A stretch of DNA of 64,000 nucleotides from an uncultured Acidobacteriota bacterium. Lineage in GTDB: Bacteria > Acidobacteriota > Polarisedimenticolia > J045. Below, piece after piece: positions 1-10,335 of the stretch. The notes under the pieces were generated by a model. The model worked only from the letters and a program-made list of their open reading frames with translations, did not search any database and was not told the origin of the DNA. Location: NCBI GenBank assembly GCA_963702425.1, contig CAVPCQ010000011.1, positions 96,001-160,000 on the forward strand, in the 5' to 3' direction. A program made the position numbers and the translations under genes. The stretch's first letter is position 1. Every line of letters begins with the position of its first letter.

Positions 1-416
1 AGATGTCGCTGCGCGCCTCGGTCACCTCGGAGCTGTTCGTCGACGACGTCCGGGTGCCGGACTCGGCGCGGCTCCCCGAGGCGGCCGGCCTCGCGGCGCC
101 GCTGTCGTGCCTGACCCAGGCCCGCTACGGCATCGTCTGGGGCGCGCTCGGCGAGGGCGGGATCACGCTCGACCAGCACGCGATCCGCCACATGCTCAAC
201 CTCGAGAGCGTGATCACCTACGAGGGGACCGAGACGATCCACGAACTGGCCGTCGGCCGCGAGCTGACCGGCGTGGCGGCGTTCCAGCCGGCCGGCGCCG
301 GTCGCTCGCCGCAGGCCGACCCGTCTATCATGCGCGCATGGCCGCGAAGAAGCCGCTCTTCCGCGTCGCGTTCCACAACCAGGGCCAGCTCTACGAGGTC
401 TACGCCCGGCGCGTGA
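1..416 (+). CDS. 3' part of an acyl-CoA dehydrogenase (glutaryl-CoA dehydrogenase-like); truncated by the window edge and apparently internally deleted
   Basis: SLRASVTSELF..., PLSCLTQARYGIVWGA and IRHMLNLESVITYEGT..IHEL.VGRELTG..AF are GCDH-family C-terminal motifs. The family normally ends at ...AF (~284), but here the frame reads through to 416. Confidence 0.75.
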   Translation, partial: MSLRASVTSELFVDDVRVPDSARLPEAAGLAAPLSCLTQARYGIVWGALGEGGITLDQHAIRHMLNLESVITYEGTETIHELAVGRELTGVAAFQPAGAGRSPQADPSIMRAWPRRSRSSASRSTTRASSTRSTPGA

Positions 417-685
417 GCCACGGCGAGCTGCTCGGGTTCGTCGAGGTCGCGGAGCTCGTCTTCGGGGCCAAGGGGCGGCTCGTGGTCGACCCCTCGGAAG
501 AGCGGCTGGAGCGGGAGTTCGAGGGGGTCCCCCGCTTCTTCGTGCCGATGCACGCCGTCGTCCGGATCGACGAGGTCGAGAAGGAAGGGTCTCCGCGGAT
601 CCTCGAGGCGGCCGTCAAGGGGGCGACTGTCGCCCCGTTCCCGGTGCCGCTCATGCGGCCCGACGCGCCCCCGTCCGAGTCGTGA
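338..685 (+). CDS. DUF1820 family protein
   Basis: MAAKKPLFRVAFHNQGQLYEVYAR...LVVDPSEERLEREFEGV.RFFVPMHAVVRIDEVEKEG pattern; ATG at 338. Confidence 0.75.
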   Translation: MAAKKPLFRVAFHNQGQLYEVYARRVSHGELLGFVEVAELVFGAKGRLVVDPSEERLEREFEGVPRFFVPMHAVVRIDEVEKEGSPRILEAAVKGATVAPFPVPLMRPDAPPSES

Positions 686-698
686 AAGAGGTGCCACC

Positions 699-3019
699 GT
701 GATCTGCCGACCCTGCCTTGCCGCCTTCGCCCTGCTGGTTGCTCTCGCCGCCCCCGCTCGCGCCCAGCAGCCGGCTCCCGTGCCGGCCGAAGTGTCGGGC
801 CAGCCCGTGGTCGACGCCGGGGCCGCCCCTGGCGCCGGCCCCGGCCGGCGATCAGCCCGTCCCGCCGGAGATCGCCCGCCGTCCCAAGGTCGGCCTCGTG
901 CTCTCCGGCGGCGGCGCGCGCGGAGCGGCACACGTCGGCGTGCTGAGGGTGTTGAAGGAGCTGCGGATCCCGATCGACTACATCGCCGGAACGAGCATGG
1001 GCGCGATCGTCGGGGGCCTCTACGCCAGCGGGCTGTCCGTCGACGAGCTGCAGGAGGTCGTCGACACGACCGACTGGTTCGACGTCTTCAACGACAGCTC
1101 CCGCCGCCAGTACCTCTCCTTCCGCCGCAAGCAGGACGACGCCCGGGTACTGTCGCCGGTCCGGATCGGGATCGAGAAGGGGAAGCCCGCGCTCCCGCCC
1201 GGGCTGATCACCGGCCAGAATGTGACCATCCTGATGCACGCACTGACGCTCCCGTCCGCCGGGATCGAGCGCTTCGACGACCTGCCGATCCCGTTCCGCG
1301 CGGTGGCGACCGACCTCGTGACCGGCGAGAAGGTCGTGCTCGACCGCGGGAGCCTGTCCCTGGCGATGCGGGCGAGCATGTCGGTCCCGGGCGCGTTCAC
1401 GCCGGTCGAGATCGACGGCAGGCGGCTGCTCGACGGCGGGCTCGTCGCCAACCTCCCGATCGACGTCGCGCGCCAGATGGGGGCCGAGGTCGTGATCGCG
1501 GTCGACATCAGCACGCCCGCTCGCCACGTCCGACCAGATCAGGACGCTGCTCAACGTGGCCGGGCAGATGAACGGATTCCAGACCCGCAAGAACGTGCTC
1601 GAGCAGATCGCGACGCTGGGGCCGCAGGACATCCTGATCGTGCCCGAGCTCGAGGGGATTTCAGGCCGGCAGCTTCGAGCGCGAGAGGATCGACGGCGGC
1701 GATCCTCGACGGCGAGGCGGCGGCGCGGGAGCACGCCACGGCGCTCGAGCGGCTGGCGGTCTCTCCCGCGGACTACGCCGCCTACCAGCAGCGGCGGTTC
1801 CGCAACGCCACCCGCGTGGTCCAGGTCCGGAACGTCACGGTCGAGAACGACTCCCACCTCGACGATCGCGTCCTGCTCGATCGCCTGCGGGTCGAGCCCG
1901 ACTCCCCGCTCGACATCACGGTCCTCAACGCCGACGTGGCGCGGCTCTACGAGCTCGACGCCTTCGAGCTGGTCGACTTTCGCCTGATGCCGATCGAGGG
2001 GGAGAAGGACCGCTTCGACCTCGTGATCAAGGCCAACGCCAAGACCTGGGGGCGCCACTTCCTGCGCTTCGGCCTCAACCTGGTCTCGAACCTGACCGGA
2101 TACGGGGAGTTCACGGCGCTGGCGTCGTACACGATGACCGAGCTGAACGGGCTGGGCGCCGAGTGGCGCACCACCGTGGGGGTCGGGACGCGGCCGCTGG
2201 TCGACACCGAGTTCTACCAGCCGCTCGACTACCGGGGCCGCTGGTTCTTCGCCCCCTACGGCGGATGGCGCCGCGAGCCGTACCCGGTTGACCGCCGCGA
2301 ACGGCGCGGAGCTGGAGTTCCGGGCTCGACCGCGGGACGGCCGGGATCGATTTCGGCCGCCAGTTCGGCCGCTGGGCCGAGCTTCGTCTGGGTGCCTTCG
2401 CCTCCCGGCGCGACGCCAAGCTCGAGACGCTCGGCATCGTCCCCTTCAAGATCTCGAGCGACCCGATCGGGGCCAGGCTGCGGTTCGAGTGGGACACCCT
2501 CGACAGCGTCAACTTCCCGCGCAGCGGGTGGAAGGCCGTCCTTGACTCCGAGTTCGCCTACAAGGGCGGCATCAACGACGAGTCGTTCGAGACGGCGAAT
2601 CTCCGCGTCGGGGGCGCGATCAGCTTCGGCAACAACACGCTTCTCCCCGTCGGTGTTCCTCGGTTGGGCCGGGAGGCTCGCCCACCGTGTTCGACCAGTA
2701 CGCCTTCGGCGGCCTGTTCAACCTCTCCGGCTACGGCGTGCAGCGCTACTTCGGGACCGAGGCCGCGCTGGCCAAGCTGGCCTATTACAGGCGGCTGCTC
2801 GAACTCCCGCCGCAGCTGGGCTCCGGCATCTTCGCGGGACTGGCGGTCGAGGGGGCATACGCCAGGGACCCGGTCGCCGGCGTTCCGACGGATGGATGGA
2901 AGGGCGCGGCAGCCGCGTACCTCGGCGCCGACACGCTGATCGGGCCGCTCTACCTTGCGTACGGCATCTCGTCGGACGGGGTGGACTCGTTCTACCTGTT
3001 CCTGGGCCGGCTGTTCTGA
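699..3019 (+). CDS. Patatin-like phospholipase with POTRA and C-terminal outer-membrane beta-barrel (PlpD/type Vd-like), several frameshifts
   Basis: Signal peptide at 699, patatin motifs GGGARG, GTSMG and DGG, and a barrel-type end GPLYLAYG...FYLFLGRLF. Spread over ORFs 699, 718, 1556 and 2687. Confidence 0.85.
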
Positions 3020-3046
3020 TCGTCCGGCGGGCGGCCGGGGCGCCCG

Positions 3047-3322
3047 CTACGCGCCCCGGTCGCCGCGGACCTTCGGACCGGTCGACCCGTGGTGGCCGTG
3101 GGTGTCGGTGTGGAGCGTGCCCGACGACCCGCCGGTCCCGTGGGCCTGCTCCCCTTCGGCGAGCAGCTCGACCTGGCCAGCCTCGACCAGCTTCGCGACG
3201 CCGGGCGCGTCGATGGCGTCGTCGGCGATCTGGCCCGATTTTCCGGGGCCGAGGCGAAGCACCTTGCCGCGCGGAAGACGCACCGCGAGGGGCTGAACGG
3301 TCCTGTTCACGATCGTTCTCAT
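3047..3322 (-). CDS. Small hypothetical protein with Gly/His-rich tail
   Basis: 91-aa ORF with protein-like composition and a GAGGAG RBS upstream (ctcctc on the + strand at ~3331). Confidence 0.6.
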   Translation of the reverse strand: MRTIVNRTVQPLAVRLPRGKVLRLGPGKSGQIADDAIDAPGVAKLVEAGQVELLAEGEQAHGTGGSSGTLHTDTHGHHGSTGPKVRGDRGA

Positions 3323-3366
3323 CGAATCCGCTCCTCTTCACTGGGTGCGAGGGGATTGTACGCCGA

Positions 3367-4926
3367 TCAGCCGATTCCGAACAGGCGCGTCAGGAGCAGC
3401 ACGCCGGCCGGCACGACGATCGCGCTGGCCAGGTCGAGCAGCGTGCCCAGGCGCAGCATGACCGTGATCGGCACGCAGCCCGAGCCGTAGACGATCGCGT
3501 TGGGCGGCGTCGAGACCGGCAGCATGAAAGCCATCGAGGCCCCGAGCGCAACCGCCATCGCGGGGGGCACCGGGCTGACACCGGCGGCCTGCGCCGCAGC
3601 GATCGCCAGCGGGGCGACCATCGTCGCGGCGGCGGTGTTGGAGGTCGTCTCGGTCAGGACGATCGCGAGCAGCGTGAACAGCACGGTCAGGGCCGCGAGC
3701 GACTCGGCGCCGGTCGCGCGAACGATCCCCTGCCCGATCGCCTCCGCCAGCCCCGTGCGGAACATCGCCGCCCCGAGCGACAGGCCGCCGCCGAACAGCA
3801 GGAGCGTGCCCCAGTCGATCCGCACCGCCTCGCTCCAGCGCAGCGTGAACCGGCGCTCGTGCCAGTCGACCGGCAGCACGAACAGCAGGCTGGCGCCGAG
3901 CACGGCGACGACGCTCTCCGGGAACAGCCGCTGGATCTGCCGCGCGGCGGCCGATTCGGTCCCCAGCCGCAGCGCCAGGACGCCCGGCAGCACCCAGAGC
4001 GCGACGGTCAACGCGAACGCGCCGAGGACGTTCTTCTCGGCCCGCGAGGGCGCGCCGAGCGCGGCGCGCTCGTGCACGAATTCGTCGCGGCTGCCGCGGA
4101 TCTCGCCGACTTCCGGGGGGAGCGCCCAGCGCAGGGTGGCGAGCAGCAGCAGCACCATGAAGGCGGCGATCGGCCCGCCGACCAGCATCCACTGGAAGAA
4201 CGGCACCCGCACGTGGGCCAGCTGGTCGAGCTGACCCAGGACGATGAGGTTCGGGGGCGTCCCGACCGGGGTGACGATCCCGCCGATCGAAGCGGCCCAG
4301 GCGATCGTCAGCATCAGCGATGTCCCGAAGCGCAGGCGGGTCGCGTCGGCCGGGCCTCCCGATTGGCGTTCGAGCAGGCGGGAGAGCGCCGTCAGCACGG
4401 AGAGCGCGATCGGGTAGAGCATCGCGGTCGTGGCGGTGTTGGAGAGCCACGCCGACAGTCCGGCCGTCGCCACCGCGAACGCCGCGAGGATCCGCGTCGA
4501 CGACGAGCCGACCCAGCGTCGCGCCAGGATCGCGTAGGCGAAGCGCCGGTCGAGACCGGTCGCGAACATCGCCTCCGCCAGCACGAAGCCGCCCAGGAAG
4601 AGGAACACGATCGGGTCGCCGAAAGGGGCGAACATCTCGGCCGCGGAGCCGACGCCCAGCACGACCGCCAGCGCCGGTCCCAGGACCGAGGTCACCGGGA
4701 TCGGCACAGCCTCGGTGATCCACCAGGTGAGGACCCACGCCAGGACCGCGGCGAGGCGCCCGGCGGGCGCCGGCAGCCCGGGAACCGGCAGGGCCAGCAG
4801 GAGGGCGAACAGGGCCGGCCCGGCGAAGAGCCCGGCCGTGCGGCGCGCGCGCTCGAAGCGCAGTTCCGCCGGCGACAGGACCTCGCGGGCCTGCGTGAGG
4901 TCGCGGAACCGGACGCGCTCGACCAC
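3367..4926 (-). CDS. SLC13/DASS family sodium:di-/tricarboxylate or sulfate symporter
   Basis: SNTATT, GTPPN, SNTAAA and LPVSTPPNAIVYG motifs; many TM helices. Confidence 0.9.
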   Translation of the reverse strand: MVERVRFRDLTQAREVLSPAELRFERARRTAGLFAGPALFALLLALPVPGLPAPAGRLAAVLAWVLTWWITEAVPIPVTSVLGPALAVVLGVGSAAEMFAPFGDPIVFLFLGGFVLAEAMFATGLDRRFAYAILARRWVGSSSTRILAAFAVATAGLSAWLSNTATTAMLYPIALSVLTALSRLLERQSGGPADATRLRFGTSLMLTIAWAASIGGIVTPVGTPPNLIVLGQLDQLAHVRVPFFQWMLVGGPIAAFMVLLLLATLRWALPPEVGEIRGSRDEFVHERAALGAPSRAEKNVLGAFALTVALWVLPGVLALRLGTESAAARQIQRLFPESVVAVLGASLLFVLPVDWHERRFTLRWSEAVRIDWGTLLLFGGGLSLGAAMFRTGLAEAIGQGIVRATGAESLAALTVLFTLLAIVLTETTSNTAAATMVAPLAIAAAQAAGVSPVPPAMAVALGASMAFMLPVSTPPNAIVYGSGCVPITVMLRLGTLLDLASAIVVPAGVLLLTRLFGIG

Positions 4927-5046
4927 GGGCCGCCCTCCGACCGCTCCAGCCTAGCGCGACCGCGGGTCGATCCGAACGTGATTTACCGGACCTCCCGAGA
5001 GGGCTAGGATGGTCTCGCAGGCGGTCCTGCCGCCGGGGAGCGCCGG

Positions 5047-5556
5047 ATGTCCGATTCCAAGCGACCGTCGCCACAGCCGCCCCCGCCGCCCGTCCGCGAG
5101 TTCCACGACGACGCGATGGTCCTCCGCTACGACGACGTCATCCCCGCCGAAACCGGCGCGATCACGCCGCTGGTCCAGCGGGTGATGGGCCTGGTCCGCA
5201 ACTTCGGCTGCGCCGTCGGGGAGGAGCACACGATCGAACTGGCGCTCCAGGAGGCGCTGGCCAACGCCGTCGTCCACGGCGCGCAGGGCGACGCCTCGAA
5301 GCCGGTGGCGATCTCGGTCGCCTGCGAGGAGGATCGCGGGATCCTGATCGTCGTGCGCGATCCCGGCCCCGGCTTCGATCCCCGCAACGTTCCCAGCCCG
5401 GTCCTCGGCGAGAACATCTTCGAGTCCCACGGCCGCGGGATCTTCCTGATCAACCGGCTGATGGACCACGTCGAGTTCGCGCGCGGTGGGACCGAGATCC
5501 GGATGCGCAAGAACCCGACCGAGATCCCGGGCGCGCCGCCCCCCAAGTCGCCGTAG
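5047..5556 (+). CDS. RsbW-like anti-sigma factor / Ser-Thr kinase (HATPase_c_2)
   Basis: ELALQEALANAVVHG, VRDPGPGFD and GRGIFLINRLMD motifs. Confidence 0.85.
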   Translation: MSDSKRPSPQPPPPPVREFHDDAMVLRYDDVIPAETGAITPLVQRVMGLVRNFGCAVGEEHTIELALQEALANAVVHGAQGDASKPVAISVACEEDRGILIVVRDPGPGFDPRNVPSPVLGENIFESHGRGIFLINRLMDHVEFARGGTEIRMRKNPTEIPGAPPPKSP

Positions 5557-5579
5557 CTCCCCCCAGCCAGGAGAGTCCG

Positions 5580-6668
5580 ATGTCCGCCGAGAAGACCGGC
5601 CGCCCCGTCGATCCCCCGCCCGTCACCGGCGGCGAGTCGCTGCGGACGCTGATCGAGACCCGCTTTCCCGCCTTCGCCGGCCGCAACGTGCGCGAGGTCC
5701 ACCGAATCATGCGCCGCTCGCTCGAGGACGACTGCACGGTCTTCGCGACCCTCTCCGGCGCGATGACGCCGGCCGGGCTGCACACCTCGGTCGTGATCCC
5801 GCTGGTGACGAGCGGCGCGATCTCCTGCCTGACCACGACCGGCGCCAACCTCTACCACGACGTGCACCGCCTGCTCGGCCACACGATCCACGAGCTCTCG
5901 CCGCTGGCCGACGACCTCGCGCTGCGCGAGGAGCGGATCATCCGGATCTACGACCTCGGCTTCGACGAGGAGGTGCTGCTCGACACCGACCGCTTCTTCC
6001 TCGAGGTCATTCGGCAGCCGGAGTTCCAGCGCCCGATGACGACGCCCGAGTTCCACCACGCGCTGGGCCGCGCCGTCTCCGCCGTCGAGGACGAGCGGGG
6101 CGCCGCGAACTCGACCGTGCTCGGCGCCTGCTTCCGCGCCGACGTCCCGATCTTCTCGGGCGCGGTGCAGGACGGCTCGATCTTCCTGAACGCCGTCCGG
6201 CTGCAGCGCGAGGATCCGCAGTTCCTGTTCCGGATCGACGCCGGCCGGGACGTCTACCAGATGGCGGCGCTGCAGAACCTCGCGCGCCAGGGGGGCGGCA
6301 AGGCCGCGATCTGGATCCTCGGCGGCGGGGTCCCCAAGAACTACACGCTGCAGGGCGAGCCGTTGCTCTCGCAGATCCTCGGCGTCGAGGCGCGCGGCTT
6401 CGATTACGACGCCCAGGTCTGCGTCGACGTCGTCGACAACGGGGCCCTGTCCCCCTGCTCCGCCGGCGAGGGGCACACCTGGGGCAAGACCAGCGCCGAG
6501 TGCGTCGAGTCCTCGTCGGCCTACCTCCGGACCGACGTCACGATCGCCGCGCCGTTCCTGGCCGAGGCGCTGCTCTCGGACGCCTCGCTGCGCCGCGCGC
6601 CGAAGCGGCTGTTCGCGCGGATCGCGGAGGCCGAGCGGTTGCTCGACGCGCTCTGGATGGCGGGCTGA
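5580..6668 (+). CDS. Deoxyhypusine synthase-like protein (possible homospermidine synthase)
   Basis: LSGAMTPAG, TTGANLYHD, ILGGGVPKNY and EGHTWGK (catalytic Lys) motifs of the DS family. Confidence 0.85.
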   Translation: MSAEKTGRPVDPPPVTGGESLRTLIETRFPAFAGRNVREVHRIMRRSLEDDCTVFATLSGAMTPAGLHTSVVIPLVTSGAISCLTTTGANLYHDVHRLLGHTIHELSPLADDLALREERIIRIYDLGFDEEVLLDTDRFFLEVIRQPEFQRPMTTPEFHHALGRAVSAVEDERGAANSTVLGACFRADVPIFSGAVQDGSIFLNAVRLQREDPQFLFRIDAGRDVYQMAALQNLARQGGGKAAIWILGGGVPKNYTLQGEPLLSQILGVEARGFDYDAQVCVDVVDNGALSPCSAGEGHTWGKTSAECVESSSAYLRTDVTIAAPFLAEALLSDASLRRAPKRLFARIAEAERLLDALWMAG

Positions 6669-6680
6669 AGGAGCGTCCGG

Positions 6681-8594
6681 TCAGGGCCTCAGGGCGGCCT
6701 CGGATTCGAGCGCCTCGGTGCGCGCTCCCATCCCGACCATCAACGCTACCAGGAGTCGCTGCGCGTCGCTCATCCGGGCCCGCTGCGCCACTACCTCGCG
6801 CGCCAGGTCCGGCTTGTCGGTGATCAGCCCGTCGACGCCGCGCCCCATGGTATCGAGCATCCAGGCGGGGTCGTTCGACGGTCCAGACGTAGACATCCTG
6901 CCCGGCCCGATGCGCCCGCCGGACGAAGCGGCGCGTCGCCATCCGCGCCTCGACCGCCAGGAAGTCGGCGCCGAGCACGGTCAGGTCGCCGAGCCCCTTG
7001 GCGACCAGCAGCCCCGACCGCCACGACGGCCGCGTCTGCTTCATCTTCCGGACCATGGCGCGATCGAGCGACATGAAGAGGCAGTCGCCTTCCATACCGG
7101 CCGCCTCGACGATCGCCGCGACCCGTTCTTCGAGGCGCTGGTCGTGGCCGTAGGACTTCAACTCGACGAGGACGCGGGTGCGGCCCTTGCAGACCGCGAG
7201 CGCCTCGGCGAGCGTCGGCACGCGCTCCCCGGAGAATTGCGGACCGGCGCGGCTGCCGATGTCGACCGTGCGGAGGGTCGCCGCGTCGGTCTCCCAGATC
7301 TTCATCGCGGCGCCACCCGCCTTCATGAGGTCGCTGTCGTGCACGACCAGCACCTCGCCGTCCGCCGACTCCTGCACGTCCAGCTCGACGTAGTCCGCCC
7401 CCTGCTCGGCGGCCAGGCGGAAGGCGGCCAGGGTGTTCTCGGGCGCCGCCGCCGACGAGCCGCGGTGGGCGATAACCAGCACCGGCTGATTCGTCCGGGT
7501 GACGAGGAGCGCGAGCAGCGCGAAACCGACCGAGGCGAGGACCGCGACGGCCGCCAGTCCCGCCCGGGCGCGACCGGAGAGGAGCCGGGCGGCACCCGGG
7601 TGCGGGCGCGCCGCGACCGGTGCGGGTGTCGAGGCCTCGCGGGGCTCGCCGACGCGCAGGTAGAGCCTTGAGAGGAGCAGCGAGAAGAGCGAGAAGCTGG
7701 CGATTCCCGCCGCGAGGCCGAGCGCGGCCCACAGCAACGCGAGCCCGGCGATGAACGCGAGGAGCAGCGCCAGCGAGCCGCCGAAGTGCGGCGCGAGGCT
7801 GCGGCCGAGGAACTGGACCAGAGTACGTCGTCGCCATCGTCAGCGCCAGGGCTGCGGCCGCCCACGCGGCAAGGACCGTCACGACGACCCAGCGGCTCCC
7901 GGCCGATCGACGGGCGCTCTCGCCGAGGGCCCGGCGGGGGCTGACGTCCTCGAACAGGACGAGCGGCAGCGCCAGCGCCCAGCGGGCGGTCGTCCACGCG
8001 AGCAGCGCGGCCAGCCCAGCGCCGATCAGCCCCGCGAGCGTCCCCGCGGCCCAGAACTCGGGCGGTCGCTGCGCCAGGTAGTAATTGATGTCGTGTCGCC
8101 GCAGCAGCGCCCAGTAGACAAGGCCGGCGGCGGCGAGGAACGGCAGCAGGCCGGCCAGGACGCGCACCACCATGTGCGCGGTCAGGCGCAGCACGTCCAG
8201 TGCGCGCACCGCCCCGAAGGCGAGGGCGTCCTCTGGCGCTCAGGTGCCTACCCCGCGCTTCGGCGAGCCCGATCGCCATCAGGCACGCTGCCTCCAGGGC
8301 GACGATCGCAAGCAGGAGCGCTCCGCACGCGACGAGCGCAACGACCCCGGCGCGCGTGGTCAGGAAGAACCGCGCGATGTCGGCGTCCGCGATCGCGCCG
8401 GATCCGGCGCGGGACATCAGCCAGTGAAGCAGCATCATCGTCGCCGGGGTGAGCAGCGCGAACGCGACCACCTTGCAGGCGAGGTCGGTGAGCGCCAGGC
8501 TCCTCCACGATCGGGAAAGGTCGCGGAGTGCACCCGTCACGACCTCGCGCGTCGTCGCCCACGCCGATCCCGACTCCCGCTCGCCTTCGCTCAT
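6681..8594 (-). CDS. Glycerophosphodiester phosphodiesterase with N-terminal membrane domain (frameshifted)
   Basis: IAHRG...APENTLAAF...VELDVQ...VVHD and GVDGLITDKP motifs after a hydrophobic N-terminal region split across frames. Confidence 0.85.
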
Positions 8595-8664
8595 CTGTTC
8601 ATTCTAGACAATCGGAGAGGAAGATGGTTGACTCGCACTCACGCAGCAGCCGGGGGGATACGAC

Positions 8665-10335
8665 ATGAGCCAGCATCCGGGGACCCCGGACGCGATCCCG
8701 GCAGGCACACCGGCGCTCCGCTTCGACGTGGTCGCCGGCCTCACCGCGGCCGCGGTGGTCCTGCCGAAGGCCATGGCCTACGCGACCGTGGCCGGCCTGC
8801 CCGTGGAAGTCGGCCTCTACACCGCCTTCCTTCCGATGATCATCTACGCCCTGCTCGGTTCCTCGCGGGTGCTGAGCGTCAGCTCCACCACCACCCTGGC
8901 GATCCTGGCCGGCACGCAGCTCGGCCTGGCGGTGCCGGACGGGGACCCGGCCAAGCTGGTCACCGCCGTGGCCACGCTGACGGCGCTGGTGGGCGTCCTG
9001 CTGCTGCTCGCGGGCCTGATCCGCCTCGGATTCGTCGCCAACTTCATCTCCACCCCCGTCCTGACGGGCTTCAAGGCCGGGATCGGCCTCGTGATCGTGC
9101 TCGACCAGGTGCCGAAGTTGCTCGGCATCCACATCACCAAGCAGGGCTTCTTCCGCGACGTGATCGACGTCGCGCGCCACCTGCCCGAGACCTCGTTGAT
9201 CACGCTGGCGGTGGCCGCGGCGACGCTGGTCGTGCTGATCGGCATGGAGCGCCTCTGGCCGCACTCCCCTGCGCCCCTGGTTGCGGTAGGGGGCGGCATC
9301 GCCGCGTCGTGGTTCTTCAACCTGCATGCCCAGGGCGTCTCGACGGTCGGTCTCATTCCGCGGGGATTCCCGTCGCCGACCATGCCGGACGTAGCGCTGG
9401 TCGGACAACTGCTGCCGGGCGCGCTCGGCATCGCCCTGATGAGCTTCACCGAATCGATCGCGGCGGGGCGCGCCTTCGCCGGTCCGTCGGACCCGCCGAT
9501 CAACGCGAATCGCGAGCTGCTCGCCACCGGGGCGGCCAACCTCGGCGGCGCGTTCCTGGGTGCGATGCCGGCGGGAGGCGGCACTTCGCAAAGCGCGGTC
9601 GTTCGCGCGGCCGGAGGCCGGACGCAGAAGGCATCCCTGGTGACGGCGGGCGCCGCGGCGGCGACGATGCTGCTGCTCGCGCCGCTGCTGGGCCTCCTCC
9701 CGTTCGCGACGCTGGCGGCCGTCGTCATCGTTTACTCCGCCGGCCTGATCCAGCCGCTGGAGTTCCTCGCGATCCGCCGGGTCCGCACGATGGAGTTCCG
9801 CTGGGCGCTGGTGGCCTGTCTCGGCGTGCTGATCTTCGGCACGCTGCAGGGGATCGTGGTCGCCATCGTCGCGTCGCTGATCGGCCTCGCCAGCCAGTCT
9901 GCCCACCCGCGCGTCTCCGTGATCGGCCGCAAGCGCGGCGCCGACGTGCTGCGACCGCTGTCGCCCGAGCATCCGGACGACGAGCTGTTCGATCGCCTCC
10001 TGATCGTCCGTCCGGAAGGGCGCATCTTCTTCGTGAACGCCCAGAGCATCGGCGAGCAGATCGCGGCGCTGGTGACGCAGTACGACCCGCGCGTGCTGGC
10101 GATCGACATGAGCCGGGTGCCGGACATCGAGTACTCGGCGCTGCAGGCGCTCATCGAGGCCGAGAAGCGCATCACCGAGCGGGGCGTGACGCTCTGGCTG
10201 GTCGGTCTGAACCCGGCGGTGCTCGAGGTCGTGCGCCGGGCCGGTCTGGCCGACCGGCTCGGCCGCGAGCGCATGCTCTTCAACGCGCGCGCGGCGATCC
10301 GGCAGTACGAGTCGCTTCGGGGCGCAGCGTCATGA
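8665..10335 (+). CDS. SulP family anion transporter with STAS domain
   Basis: DVVAGLT...PKAMAYATVAGLP, ANRELLATGAAN, and C-terminal STAS motif IDMSRVPDIE. Confidence 0.92.
   Translation: MSQHPGTPDAIPAGTPALRFDVVAGLTAAAVVLPKAMAYATVAGLPVEVGLYTAFLPMIIYALLGSSRVLSVSSTTTLAILAGTQLGLAVPDGDPAKLVTAVATLTALVGVLLLLAGLIRLGFVANFISTPVLTGFKAGIGLVIVLDQVPKLLGIHITKQGFFRDVIDVARHLPETSLITLAVAAATLVVLIGMERLWPHSPAPLVAVGGGIAASWFFNLHAQGVSTVGLIPRGFPSPTMPDVALVGQLLPGALGIALMSFTESIAAGRAFAGPSDPPINANRELLATGAANLGGAFLGAMPAGGGTSQSAVVRAAGGRTQKASLVTAGAAAATMLLLAPLLGLLPFATLAAVVIVYSAGLIQPLEFLAIRRVRTMEFRWALVACLGVLIFGTLQGIVVAIVASLIGLASQSAHPRVSVIGRKRGADVLRPLSPEHPDDELFDRLLIVRPEGRIFFVNAQSIGEQIAALVTQYDPRVLAIDMSRVPDIEYSALQALIEAEKRITERGVTLWLVGLNPAVLEVVRRAGLADRLGRERMLFNARAAIRQYESLRGAAS

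Noticed and set aside
718-5007. 1429-aa ORF and other very long Arg/Pro/Gly-rich ORFs (e.g. 21285-23435, 40955-43234, 57310-60132)
   Set aside because: These are shadow or frameshift-joined ORFs caused by high GC and stop-codon scarcity. They overlap well-supported genes on other frames or strands.
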